Source: Actinomycetes bacterium
Lineage (GTDB): Bacteria; Actinomycetota; Actinomycetes; JACCUZ01
Reading direction: 5' to 3'
Length of the DNA: 64,000 nt
Assembly: GCA_038246575.1 (NCBI GenBank)
Contig: JBBRVU010000003.1
Coordinates: forward strand, 3,421 to 67,420
Positions 8,615-17,905 of this stretch are shown one piece after another (position 1 is the stretch's first letter; every line of letters starts with the position of its first letter). Both the position numbers and the translations under genes were made by a program. Under the pieces are notes generated by a model, which worked only from the letters and a program-made list of their open reading frames with translations, did no database searches and had not been told where the DNA came from.

Positions 8615-10567
8615 CTACGAGGCTGAGGCCGCAGCCGACTCGGTCGCCGAAGCCGTACCGCCGACCAGCCGCCGCAGGGCACCTAGCGCAACCTCGCGAT
8701 CGGTGGTGACCCAGAACGGCGGCAGCGACGAGCGCAGGAACGTGCCGTAGCGCGCCGTGGCCAGCCGCGAGTCGAGCACCGCGACCATCCCTCGGTCCGC
8801 GTCGCGGCGGATCAGCCGACCGGAGCCCTGCGCCAGCCGAAGGGCTGCGTGCGAGGCTGCGACGGTCATGAAGCCGTTGCCGCCCGCGTCGGCCACGGCC
8901 TGCTGCCGCGCCGACATCAGCGGGTCATCGGGGCGCGGGAACGGGATGCGGTCGATGACCACGAGCTGGCAGGCGTCGCCCGGGACGTCGACCCCTTGCC
9001 ACAGCGACAGCGTGCCGAACAGACAGGTGGCCTCGTCCGCGGCGAAGTCGCGGACCAGTGCTGCCGTCCGGTCCTCGCCCTGGCACAGCACCGGGACGTC
9101 GAGCCGCTCCCGGATCTCCTCGGCCGCCGTTTCGGCCGCCCGCATCGACGAGAAGAGCCCGAGGGTGCGCCCGCCGGCGGCCTCGACCAGCGCGGCAAGC
9201 TCGTCCATCGCCGCCGGCGACGCCCCGTCGCGGCCGGGCGCGGGCAGGTGGCGGGCGACGTACAGGATGGCCTGGCGCGGGTAGTCGAAGGGCGACCCGA
9301 CGTCGATGCCGGTCCACTCCGGCGCGCCTTCTCCGGTGAGACCGACCTGGCGGGCGACCGCGTCGAACGACCCGCCGACCTCCAGCGTCGCGCTGGTCAT
9401 CACGACGGTCCGGTCGCCGAAGAGGCGGTCGCGCAACACGCCGTTGACCGCCAGGGGCGCGACCCGCAGGAGCCGGCCGCGACGCTGCTCGGCGGCGACC
9501 CAGCTGACGTCGACCGTCGCGTGCGCCGCCAGCCGGGACGCGGTGTCGAAGACGGTCTCCAGCGCGGACTGGGCGACCTTCTTGGCGCCGTCGTCGCTGT
9601 CCTTGTGCCTGGCCAGGTCGGAGAGCACGGCGCGGGCGGCGTCCCGGACGGTGGCCAGCGCCGCGGCGAGGACCTCGGGCAGCTCGACGAGGCGACCCTC
9701 GTCCACCTCGGCCAGCGCCGCGGTCAGCAGGTCGGCGGAGTCGGCGAGGTCGTCGGTGTCGTCGACGAGGCGACGGGCGCGGGCCGCCGCCCGTTCGATC
9801 ATGGCCGGCGCCAGCTCACCGGTGGCGACACCGGTGACCCGGTCGACCAGCTCGTGCCCCTCGTCCACGACGACGACGTCGTGCTCGGGCAGCAGCGGCA
9901 GCCCCTCGAGTGCGTCGATCGCGAGCAGCGCGTGGTTGGTGACGACGACGTCGGCGCGAGCCGCCTGCTCCCTGGCGAGCTCGGCGAAGCACTCACCGCC
10001 GCGCGGGCACTTGGATGCGCCCAGGCACTCGCGCGAGGTGACGCTGATCTGTCGCCAGGCACGGTCGCTCACGCCGGGACTCAGCTCGTCGCGGTCGCCC
10101 GTCTCGGTCCCGTCGGCCCAGCCGCGCAGCCGGACGACGTCCTTGCCCAGCTGTGTCGTGGGCGACGGGTCGAACAGCGCCTCCTCGCCGTCGTCCGGAA
10201 GCCCGCCCTCGAGGCGGTTCCGGCACACGTAGTTGGAGCGGCCCTTGAGGATCGCGTACGTCGGGCGCCGGCCCAGCAGCGGTGCGACGGCGTCGACGAG
10301 CTGCGGAAGATCGCGGGTCACGACCTGCTGCTGAAGCGCGATCGTCGCGGTGGCGACCACCACCGGCTCCTTGTGCAGCAGCGCCGGCACCAGGTAGGCC
10401 AGCGACTTGCCGGTGCCGGTCCCGGCCTGGACCAGCAGGTGGCGCTCGTCGCGGATCGCAGCCGCGACCTCGTCGGCCATCCGGACCTGGCCGGGGCGCT
10501 CGGTGCCGCCGACCGCAGCGACCGCCGCGTCCAGCAGCGCGCGAACGGTCGGCTGCTCGTCGGTCAC
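8615..10567 (-). CDS. dinG: DinG/XPD-family ATP-dependent DNA helicase
   Basis: Contains RPGQVRMADEV...LLVQAGTGTGKSLAYLVPAL..., DEGH (VVVDEGHELV) and ...VLDSRL. GTG start at 10567. Confidence 0.85.
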   Translation of the reverse strand: MTDEQPTVRALLDAAVAAVGGTERPGQVRMADEVAAAIRDERHLLVQAGTGTGKSLAYLVPALLHKEPVVVATATIALQQQVVTRDLPQLVDAVAPLLGRRPTYAILKGRSNYVCRNRLEGGLPDDGEEALFDPSPTTQLGKDVVRLRGWADGTETGDRDELSPGVSDRAWRQISVTSRECLGASKCPRGGECFAELAREQAARADVVVTNHALLAIDALEGLPLLPEHDVVVVDEGHELVDRVTGVATGELAPAMIERAAARARRLVDDTDDLADSADLLTAALAEVDEGRLVELPEVLAAALATVRDAARAVLSDLARHKDSDDGAKKVAQSALETVFDTASRLAAHATVDVSWVAAEQRRGRLLRVAPLAVNGVLRDRLFGDRTVVMTSATLEVGGSFDAVARQVGLTGEGAPEWTGIDVGSPFDYPRQAILYVARHLPAPGRDGASPAAMDELAALVEAAGGRTLGLFSSMRAAETAAEEIRERLDVPVLCQGEDRTAALVRDFAADEATCLFGTLSLWQGVDVPGDACQLVVIDRIPFPRPDDPLMSARQQAVADAGGNGFMTVAASHAALRLAQGSGRLIRRDADRGMVAVLDSRLATARYGTFLRSSLPPFWVTTDREVALGALRRLVGGTASATESAAASAS

Positions 10568-10617
10568 CGCCCGAGGCTATCGGCGCCGGGCAACCGGCCG
10601 GCGCTTCAGCAGGTGGG

Positions 10618-13452
10618 TCAGGCGTGCGTACGGCTGGGGAGGCGGGTCAGGGCCTCGGCGCGCGACTGCTCCTCGAGCAGCTCGTCGATCTCCTCGGGCG
10701 GCAACGGGCGGGAGAACAGGTACCCCTGGCCGAAGATGCAGCCCATCTCCTCCAGGGAGTTGCGCTGGTCCGGCGTCTCGATCCCTTCGGCCACGGTGTC
10801 CAGCCGCAGCGAGTCGCCGAGCGAGACGATCGTGCGCACGAGCTCGCCACGCCCCGAGTCCTCGCCGACGTGCGCGACGAACGACTTGTCGATCTTGAGA
10901 ATGTCCACCGGGAACCGGGACAGGTAGGACAGCGACGAGTAGCCGGTGCCGAAGTCGTCAACGGCGATGCTGACACCCAGCTTCTTCACGTGCGTGAGCA
11001 GATCGACGACCTCCTCGGTCCGGTCCATCAGGACCGTCTCGGTCATCTCCAGGGTCAGCGCCCGCCCCGGCAGACCGCTGGCGGCCAGCATGTCGTGCAC
11101 CATGCGGGGCAGCCCCGGCTCGAGCTGGCGAACCGACACGTTCACGGCCATCTTGAAGTGACCGCCGGGCATCGCGTGACGCTGCCAGAGCACGCCCTGC
11201 CGGCAGCTCTCCTGCAGCGCCCATCGCCCGATCTCCCCCACCAGCCCGCACTCCTCGGCGAGATCGATGAAGTCGCTGGGCGGCACGAGACCGAGCTCGC
11301 GATGGTTCCAGCGCACCAGGGCCTCGACCCCGATGATGCGCGCGCTGACCAGCTCGACGACCGGCTGGTAGTAGAGGACGAGGTCGCCCCGCGACACGGC
11401 CTGGCGCAGCTCGCGCTCGGCCTCGACCCGGGCCAGCAGGGCGTCGTGCATCTGCACCTCGAACCGGACAAAGTCCAGTTCCCGGTCGTTCTTGGCGCGG
11501 TACATGGCCAGGTCGGCGTTGCGCTGGAGCTGGTCGGCGGTCTCATCACCGCTGTCGCTCACCGCGATGCCGGTCGACGCGCTGAGCGCCAGCTCGCGAC
11601 CGTCGAGGAAGAACGGCGCGGTCAGGGCCCCACGGATTCGCTTGGCCACCCAGGTGGCGCCCTCCTCGGCGTCAGCACCACTGACGAGGATCGCGAACTC
11701 GTCACCGCCGAGGCGCGCGACCAGGTCGTGCGGGCGTACGGAGTTGAGCAGGCGCTTGGCGACCAGTCCGAGCAGCTCGTCACCGATGTGATGGCCAGCC
11801 GCGTCGTTGACTGCCTTGAAACCGTCGAGGTCCAGGAAGAGCACGGCAACCTCGGCGGGTCCGAGCGCCACCCGCAGCGCCGCGTCGACCTTCGACCGGA
11901 ACAACGTGCGGTTGGCCAGGCCGGTGAGTGCGTCGGAGAACGCGGCCTGGGTGAGCTGCTCCTCCAGGCGCCGGCGCTCGGACACGTCGCGAGTGTTGAG
12001 CACGAGTCCCCGGATGTCCGGATCGTGGAGCAGCGAGGTGATCGTCGTCTCGGTCTCGCACCAGTGGCCGCTCTTCGCCCAGATCGCCAGCTCGAGGGTC
12101 AGCGGCCGCCCCGGGCTGCGCGCAGCCGTCGCCAGCGCGACCTCGAAACGCCGTCCGTCGGCCGGTCGCAGCAGGTGCGACATCCGCGTACCGACCAGGC
12201 GTTCCGGATCGTGGCCAAGGATGCCCATCACCGAGGGGGTCTGGAAGCGCACCACCCCGCGCACATCGACCACGGTGATCACGTCGGAGCTGTTCTGCAC
12301 CAGCGAGCGGAACCACTTCTCGCGTTCCCCCAGGGAGATCGTCCGGCGCAGGACGACGTCTTCCAGGGTGCGCTCGGTGGCCAGGCTGTCCAGCCGGGCG
12401 AGCACTCCTCCGCTGATCAAGGTGATCGACAGCAGCACGGCCGACGCGACCGTCGGCGCATTGAGACTCTGATGGAGCACTGCGGAGCCGCCCAGGACCA
12501 GCGCTGCGACGGCGAGCGGTGCCAGCGGCACGAGAACCGCCACCCGTTCCCGCCAAGCCATGGCCCGGTCCGACTCCTCCTCGTCCGGGGGTGCGAACGA
12601 CGCGGCGGCAAAGAGCAGCACGACGACGGTTCGCAGCGCCAGCACCAGTGTCGGCGGCGCGTCCTGACGAACGACGATGTCGGTGGCTGAGAGCAGGACC
12701 GCGCCGACGGTGACGTGTGCCAGCGGCACGATCGACAGCCCGCCCGGCCGGCGGGCACGGGCGAGGACGGCCACCGCCACAGTGGCGAGCCCGACGTCGA
12801 CCACGGGGTGGACCAGAACTCCGAGGTCGGCGGGCAACAGCGCGGATCCGCTGGGGAGCACCACCTCGGCGACCGGGACGGCGAAGGCGAAGCCCGCCGT
12901 GGCGGCGTCCAGCACCACGCGCAGCCGCCCCCCGCGGCTCTCCTCCGGGGCCGGCAACAGCACCAGGGCGGCTGCGATGAGGACTGCCACCAGGACATGC
13001 CCCGGGTCCACGACGTCCGACGAGGATCCGGCGGTCCGGGCCTGGTCGGCCATCCAGCCGACGATCGTGATCACGGCGGCGGCAAGCAGCCACCAGGGCA
13101 GCCGTTGCCGCAGAGATGCCGCCCGTCCCGCGCGCCGGACAAGCAGGGCCAGAGCGACGACTGATGCTCCGGCCAGGGATCCGAGAGCGAGCCAGCCTGC
13201 GAGCGCGGACATCCCGAGGGCCGGCATGCCGACGGCGAGCGCCGACAGCGCAGCCGAGGCCGCCAGGGCGGTGACCAGCGGCCGCGACAGGCCCCACCGC
13301 CCTCCGTGGGGGTTGTCCATACCAGTGGTGTTCGACCGTTGTGGCGCTCGGGTTGACCGTGGCGGGCCGCTCGGTTCCGCAGCCGTGGCGGCTGCGTACA
13401 CCGGGGCCTGCTGCCCGTCATCGCCCCCGGCCGCCCGCTTCATCCGGTCCAT
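10618..13452 (-). CDS. Membrane-anchored PAS-GGDEF-EAL cyclic-di-GMP signalling protein
   Basis: Multi-TM N-terminus followed by a PAS-like region, RLGGDEFAIL (GGDEF) and EALVRWNH...DDFGTGYSSL (EAL). The start is uncertain (13452 shown; the ORF is open to 13530). Confidence 0.85.
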   Translation of the reverse strand: MDRMKRAAGGDDGQQAPVYAAATAAEPSGPPRSTRAPQRSNTTGMDNPHGGRWGLSRPLVTALAASAALSALAVGMPALGMSALAGWLALGSLAGASVVALALLVRRAGRAASLRQRLPWWLLAAAVITIVGWMADQARTAGSSSDVVDPGHVLVAVLIAAALVLLPAPEESRGGRLRVVLDAATAGFAFAVPVAEVVLPSGSALLPADLGVLVHPVVDVGLATVAVAVLARARRPGGLSIVPLAHVTVGAVLLSATDIVVRQDAPPTLVLALRTVVVLLFAAASFAPPDEEESDRAMAWRERVAVLVPLAPLAVAALVLGGSAVLHQSLNAPTVASAVLLSITLISGGVLARLDSLATERTLEDVVLRRTISLGEREKWFRSLVQNSSDVITVVDVRGVVRFQTPSVMGILGHDPERLVGTRMSHLLRPADGRRFEVALATAARSPGRPLTLELAIWAKSGHWCETETTITSLLHDPDIRGLVLNTRDVSERRRLEEQLTQAAFSDALTGLANRTLFRSKVDAALRVALGPAEVAVLFLDLDGFKAVNDAAGHHIGDELLGLVAKRLLNSVRPHDLVARLGGDEFAILVSGADAEEGATWVAKRIRGALTAPFFLDGRELALSASTGIAVSDSGDETADQLQRNADLAMYRAKNDRELDFVRFEVQMHDALLARVEAERELRQAVSRGDLVLYYQPVVELVSARIIGVEALVRWNHRELGLVPPSDFIDLAEECGLVGEIGRWALQESCRQGVLWQRHAMPGGHFKMAVNVSVRQLEPGLPRMVHDMLAASGLPGRALTLEMTETVLMDRTEEVVDLLTHVKKLGVSIAVDDFGTGYSSLSYLSRFPVDILKIDKSFVAHVGEDSGRGELVRTIVSLGDSLRLDTVAEGIETPDQRNSLEEMGCIFGQGYLFSRPLPPEEIDELLEEQSRAEALTRLPSRTHA

Positions 13453-13540
13453 GATCGCGCCCGGAGGCCCGTTCCGCAGGCCGATGCACGCTTTCGGCCT
13501 GCCGGAGCACGCCCGCCGGTCGCCGCACACCGCTTCAGCA

Positions 13541-13596
13541 GGCAGGTGATTGCTTCAGCAGGTGTCTACGCCTGCTGAAGCGATCACCCGCCTGCC
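13541..13596 (-). terminator. Long stem-loop at the hflX 3' end (probable terminator)
   Basis: The inner stem gcttcagcagg (13552-13562) pairs with cctgctgaagc (13571-13581). It is extended by ggcaggtgat against atcacc..cctgcc. There is no clear U-tract. Confidence 0.45.
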
Positions 13597-15110
13597 GAAC
13601 GTGGTCGACTGCGGGAGGGCGGGGCTGGCGTGGGGGTGGGGGTGGGGGTGGGGGTGGGGGTGGGGGTGGCCCGGTAGGGGGCGAGGTCGGCGGCCAGAGC
13701 CGGGTAGACGAGGGCCCGGACGCGGGTGCCGTCCGGCTCGTGATCCTGGCGGACCGCATCGCCCTCGTCGTGCAGGCGGGAGACCAGGTCGCCCCGGTCG
13801 TACGGGAGCAGCACGTCGACCTGCTCGGTCGGGCGAGGCAGGGCGTCGGCGATGACCCGGCGCAGCTCGTCGAGTCCCTCGCCGGTGCGCGCGGAGACCA
13901 CCAGGACGTGGTGCTGGCTGCGACGCAGCTGGTCGACCACGTCGGGGTCCGCGACGTCGGCCTTGTTCACCACGACCACCTCGGGCACCCGCTCGGCATC
14001 GACGTCGGCGAGCACCTCTCGGACCGCGGCCAGCTGGGCGCCCGGGTCGGGGTCGGAGCCGTCGACGACGTGCAGGATCAGGTCGGCGTCCCCGACCTCC
14101 TCCAGCGTCGAGCGGAACGCCTCGACGAGCTGGTGCGGCAGGTGGCGGACGAAGCCGACTGTGTCGGTCAGCGTGTAGAGGCGGCCGTCGGGGGCCTCGG
14201 CGCGGCGCACTGTCGGGTCGAGGGTCGCGAACAGCGCGTTCTCCACCAGCACCCCGGCGCCGGTCAGCCGGTTGAGCAGAGACGACTTGCCCGCGTTGGT
14301 GTAGCCGGCGATGACCACCGACGGCACCTCGTTGCGGCGCCGCTCCCGACGCTTGGTGTCGCGCGAGGTCTTCATCAGCGCGATGTCCTTGCGCAGCCGA
14401 GACATCCGGGTCCGGATCCGCCGCCGGTCGGTCTCGATCTTGGTCTCACCGGGGCCGCGCGTGCCGATGCCTTGGCCGCCGGCCACCCGGCCACCGCGCT
14501 GCTGGGACAGCGACTCGCCCCAGCCGCGCAGCCTCGGGAGCATGTACTCCATCTGCGCCAGCTCGACCTGGGCCTTGCCCTCCCGGCTCTTGGCGTGCTG
14601 GGCGAAGATGTCGAGGATCAGCGCCGTCCGGTCGATCACCTTGACCTTGACGACCTGCTCGAGCTGACGAAGCTGGCCGGGCGTGAGCTCGCCGTCGCAG
14701 ATCACCGTGTCGGCACCGACGGAGACCACGATGTCGCGCAGCTCGCGCGCCTTGCCCGACCCCACGAAGGTCGCCGCGTCGGGCTTGTCGCGGCGCTGGA
14801 TCAGGCCCTCGAGGACCTCGGACCCGGCGGTCTCAGCGAGCGCGGCCAGCTCGGCGAGGGAGTTCTCGGCCTGGTCGGCCCCTCCCTCGGTCCACACCCC
14901 GATCAGCACGACGCGTTCGAGGCGCAGCTGGCGATACTCGACCTCGGTGACGTCCTCGAGCTCGGTCGAGAGCCCGGCGACCCGGCGCAGGGCGTGCCGC
15001 TCGGCGAGGTCGAGGTCACCGCGCTCGTCGAGCGTCACGGGGTCGGCCGGAATGGGCTGGGCTGGTGTCGTCATCTGTGCTTCGTCAACACCGTCGGCGG
15101 GCTGGGTCAT
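13584..15110 (-). CDS. hflX: GTPase HflX
   Basis: VVIAGYTNAGKSSLLNRLTGAGVLVENALFATLDPTVRR...DTVGFVRHLPHQLVEAF. It has an unusual C-terminal (TP)7 tail. Confidence 0.92.
   Translation of the reverse strand: MTQPADGVDEAQMTTPAQPIPADPVTLDERGDLDLAERHALRRVAGLSTELEDVTEVEYRQLRLERVVLIGVWTEGGADQAENSLAELAALAETAGSEVLEGLIQRRDKPDAATFVGSGKARELRDIVVSVGADTVICDGELTPGQLRQLEQVVKVKVIDRTALILDIFAQHAKSREGKAQVELAQMEYMLPRLRGWGESLSQQRGGRVAGGQGIGTRGPGETKIETDRRRIRTRMSRLRKDIALMKTSRDTKRRERRRNEVPSVVIAGYTNAGKSSLLNRLTGAGVLVENALFATLDPTVRRAEAPDGRLYTLTDTVGFVRHLPHQLVEAFRSTLEEVGDADLILHVVDGSDPDPGAQLAAVREVLADVDAERVPEVVVVNKADVADPDVVDQLRRSQHHVLVVSARTGEGLDELRRVIADALPRPTEQVDVLLPYDRGDLVSRLHDEGDAVRQDHEPDGTRVRALVYPALAADLAPYRATPTPTPTPTPTPTPAPPSRSRPRSAGG
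13631..13666. repeat. Perfect hexamer repeat (TGGGGG)x6 on the plus strand, in frame inside the hflX 3' end
   Basis: tgggggtgggggtgggggtgggggtgggggtggggg. It encodes the TPTPTP... tail on the minus strand. Confidence 0.95.
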
Positions 15111-15138
15111 CCCGACCAGCCTCGCACGGGTGCGCCCC

Positions 15139-15999
15139 TCAGGGCATCCGGCTTTCCGCGGCCGCGGGCACGGCGGCGATCCAGGCGGCGTCCAGCGTGC
15201 CCTCGGCGACCAGCACCGCTGGCCCGGTCAGCTCCACCGTCCCGTCCGCGCGCACGGCCACCGAAAGCCTCCCGCCGGGCACGTCCACGGCGTACGTCAC
15301 GGGCGCCGGCTCCCCGTCGCGGCGGGCGGCGGCGACGGCAGCCGCGCACACGCCCGTGCCACAGGACCTGGTCTCCCCCACCCCGCGCTCGTGCACCCGC
15401 ATCGCGACGTGGCGGTCACCCCGGCCGACGACGAACTCGACGTTGACCCCGTGCTCGAACGGCGGGTCGAGCTGGGGCGCGCTGCTCAGCGGCCCGGCCT
15501 CGTCGAGGTCGTCGACGAAGGCGACGGCGTGCGGGTTGCCCATGTCCACCTCGACGGCAGTCCAGCTGTGGCCGTCGACGGTCACCTTGCGCTCAGTCGC
15601 GGGCAATCGAGCCGGGCCCATGTCGACGCTGACCTCGCCGGTGGCCTCGAGACGGACCCGCTTGACCCCGTCACGGGTGGCGATCGCCAGCTCGCCGGCC
15701 GGCTCGCGCCCGGAGTCCACGAGGTAGCGGGCAAACACCCGGATCCCGTTGCCGCACATCTCGGCGACCGACCCGTCGGCGTTTCGGTAGTCCATGAACC
15801 AGCTCGCCACGTCCGACATCGCGGCGCCCTCGGGGTCGACGACCGCGAGAACGACGCGCAGCACCCCGTCACCGCCGATGCCGGCGTGCCGGTCGCACAG
15901 CGCCCGCACCAGAGCCGGGTGCAGATCCACCTCGCGGTCGGGGTCGACTAGCAGCACGAAGTCGTTCTCGGTGCCGTGCCCCTTGACGAAAGGCGTCAC
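15139..15999 (-). CDS. dapF: Diaminopimelate epimerase
   Basis: FVKGHGTENDFVLL...HAGIGGDGVL...MCGNGIRVFARYL...SCGTGVCAAA. Confidence 0.92.
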   Translation of the reverse strand: MTPFVKGHGTENDFVLLVDPDREVDLHPALVRALCDRHAGIGGDGVLRVVLAVVDPEGAAMSDVASWFMDYRNADGSVAEMCGNGIRVFARYLVDSGREPAGELAIATRDGVKRVRLEATGEVSVDMGPARLPATERKVTVDGHSWTAVEVDMGNPHAVAFVDDLDEAGPLSSAPQLDPPFEHGVNVEFVVGRGDRHVAMRVHERGVGETRSCGTGVCAAAVAAARRDGEPAPVTYAVDVPGGRLSVAVRADGTVELTGPAVLVAEGTLDAAWIAAVPAAAESRMP

Positions 16000-16060
16000 C
16001 CGACGAGCGTACGGCCTGCGCGACGTACGCCCGTCGGGTCCACGCCCGACGCCGGCGTCG

Positions 16061-17869
16061 TCAGCGACGCGGCCGCACCACCGCTGCGCTTCCGCCGCCG
16101 CGGCGTACCGGCTCGGCGACCGCGATCAGCTGACCCTTGCGTCGGAACTCGATGCCCGTCGCGGCGCCGATCTCGCCGCCTGCAGGCTCGCTGAAGGTGT
16201 GCCCGAACTTGGTCAGCTCCGAGGTGTCGAAAGCCGGTTCGGCCTGCACCGAGGTGGTGTTGCGCTGGCTGGCCCGCGGTGCACCGATCGCAGCCGGCAG
16301 CGACATCCCGAAGTCCAGCCGGTTGAGCAGCACCTGCAGCACGGTCGTGATGATCGTCGAGCCGCCGGGTGAGCCGAGGGCCAGCACCGGCGTCTTGCCG
16401 TCCAGCACGATCGTCGGTGACATCGACGACCGCGGCCGCTTGCCGCCTCCCGGAGCGTTGGGGTCACCCGCCGCCGGGTCCGAGCTGAAGTCGGTGAGCT
16501 CGTTGTTGAGCAGGAACCCGCGCCCCGGCACGGTGATCCCGCTGCCACCGGTCTGCTCGATGGTCAGTGTGTACGACACGACGTTGCCCCAGCGGTCGGC
16601 CGTGGTGAGGTGCGTCGTGGACAGACCCTCGGTGCCGCTGGCCCGGAACGGCGCGGTGTCGTCGGTCCCGTTGCAATCGGTGTCGTAGTTGCCGTCAGCC
16701 GTGCCCGCGGCCACCGGCTTCGCGGCAGCCTTCGTGGGGTCGAGCTGGCAGAACCGCTCGTCGGCGAAAGGCTGCGACAACAGCTGGCCGAGGACACCGG
16801 GCTCCATCGAGTACGGAGCGCCGAGGTAGCGGCCCCGGTCCGCGAACGCGAGCGCGCTGGCCTCGAAGTACTGGTGGTATGCCTGCGGCCGGTCGTTCTT
16901 GTACGTCGCGGCAAGGTTGGTGTTCTCCAGGATGTTCAGCGCCTCGCCGATCGTGGAGCCACCGCTGGAGGGCGGTCCCATGCCGGTGACGGTGAGCCCG
17001 CGGTACGCCACCGAGGTCGGCTTGCGCCGCGGCGCGGTGTAGCGGGCCAGGTCGCCGGCGGTCATCAGTCCGGGCCGCACGTTGCGGGTTGCGGCCGGGT
17101 CCACCGGTGGGTTCGCCACGGTGGACACGATGTTGCGCCCGAGTCGCCCGTTGTAGAGCCAGCGCACGCCCTTGCGCCCGATCTTCTGGTACGTCCGGGC
17201 GAGGTCGGGGTTGCGGAACACCGAGCCGACCTCCGGCAGCGCGCCGCCGGGGAGGAACAGCTCACGGGTCGGGACGATGTCGCGGAAGCGCTCCTCGTTG
17301 CCCGCCGTCTGGTCGCGGAAGGTCTGGTCGACGACGAAGCCACGTTGCGCCACCCGAGTCGCGGGTCGCAGCGCCTTGGCCAGCGACAGGGTTCCCCAAC
17401 GCCTGAGCGCCTTCTGCCAGGTCCGCGGCGTGCCCGGGACGCCGACCGAGAGGCCGCTGGTGACCGCCTCGCTGAAGGGGATGCCGCGGTAGGTGTCGGC
17501 CGTAGTTGCACGCGGCGCGGTCTCACGGCCGTCGATCGTGCGGACCTTCTTGGCCTTCGCGTCGAAGTAGACGAGGAACCCACCACCGCCCAGGCCGGCG
17601 GAGTAGGGCTCCGTCACACCGAGCGTCGCGGCGGCGGCGACCGCGGCGTCGACGGCGTTGCCGCCACGGCGCAGGACGCGCAGCCCGGCCCTGGTCGCTT
17701 CGGGGTCGACGGTGCTGACCGCACCGCCACGACCCACCGCGACAGGATCCTTGATCGTGGCGCGCGGGGCCGCCTGGGCGGGCAACGCGGCGAGCACTCC
17801 GGCGGCGAGCACCGCGGTCGAGACCGCGGCGACAAGACGAAGTCGGGGCTGGGGAGTGGGAGCAGACAT
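16061..17869 (-). CDS. ggt: Gamma-glutamyltransferase (secreted)
   Basis: A signal-peptide-like N-terminus is followed by GGGGFLVY and the autoprocessing region TTHLTTADRWGNVVSYTLTIE...LGSPGGSTIITTV. Confidence 0.9.
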   Translation of the reverse strand: MSAPTPQPRLRLVAAVSTAVLAAGVLAALPAQAAPRATIKDPVAVGRGGAVSTVDPEATRAGLRVLRRGGNAVDAAVAAAATLGVTEPYSAGLGGGGFLVYFDAKAKKVRTIDGRETAPRATTADTYRGIPFSEAVTSGLSVGVPGTPRTWQKALRRWGTLSLAKALRPATRVAQRGFVVDQTFRDQTAGNEERFRDIVPTRELFLPGGALPEVGSVFRNPDLARTYQKIGRKGVRWLYNGRLGRNIVSTVANPPVDPAATRNVRPGLMTAGDLARYTAPRRKPTSVAYRGLTVTGMGPPSSGGSTIGEALNILENTNLAATYKNDRPQAYHQYFEASALAFADRGRYLGAPYSMEPGVLGQLLSQPFADERFCQLDPTKAAAKPVAAGTADGNYDTDCNGTDDTAPFRASGTEGLSTTHLTTADRWGNVVSYTLTIEQTGGSGITVPGRGFLLNNELTDFSSDPAAGDPNAPGGGKRPRSSMSPTIVLDGKTPVLALGSPGGSTIITTVLQVLLNRLDFGMSLPAAIGAPRASQRNTTSVQAEPAFDTSELTKFGHTFSEPAGGEIGAATGIEFRRKGQLIAVAEPVRRGGGSAAVVRPRR

Positions 17870-17905
17870 CCGGCACCTCCTGATCGAAGCAACCGGACAT
17901 ACGTA

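Noticed and set aside
8849-12690. Long plus-strand ORFs 8849..10927 (692 aa) and 10282..12690 (802 aa)
   Set aside because: They are antisense to dinG and the GGDEF-EAL gene. They have the same skewed composition and no domain signatures.
13621-13670. Possible CRISPR-like or other arrays among the short tandem repeats (13631, 19617, 46551, 46777, 56566)
   Set aside because: The units are 6-29 bp and directly adjacent, with no unique spacers, and most lie inside coding sequence. There are no cas genes in the window.
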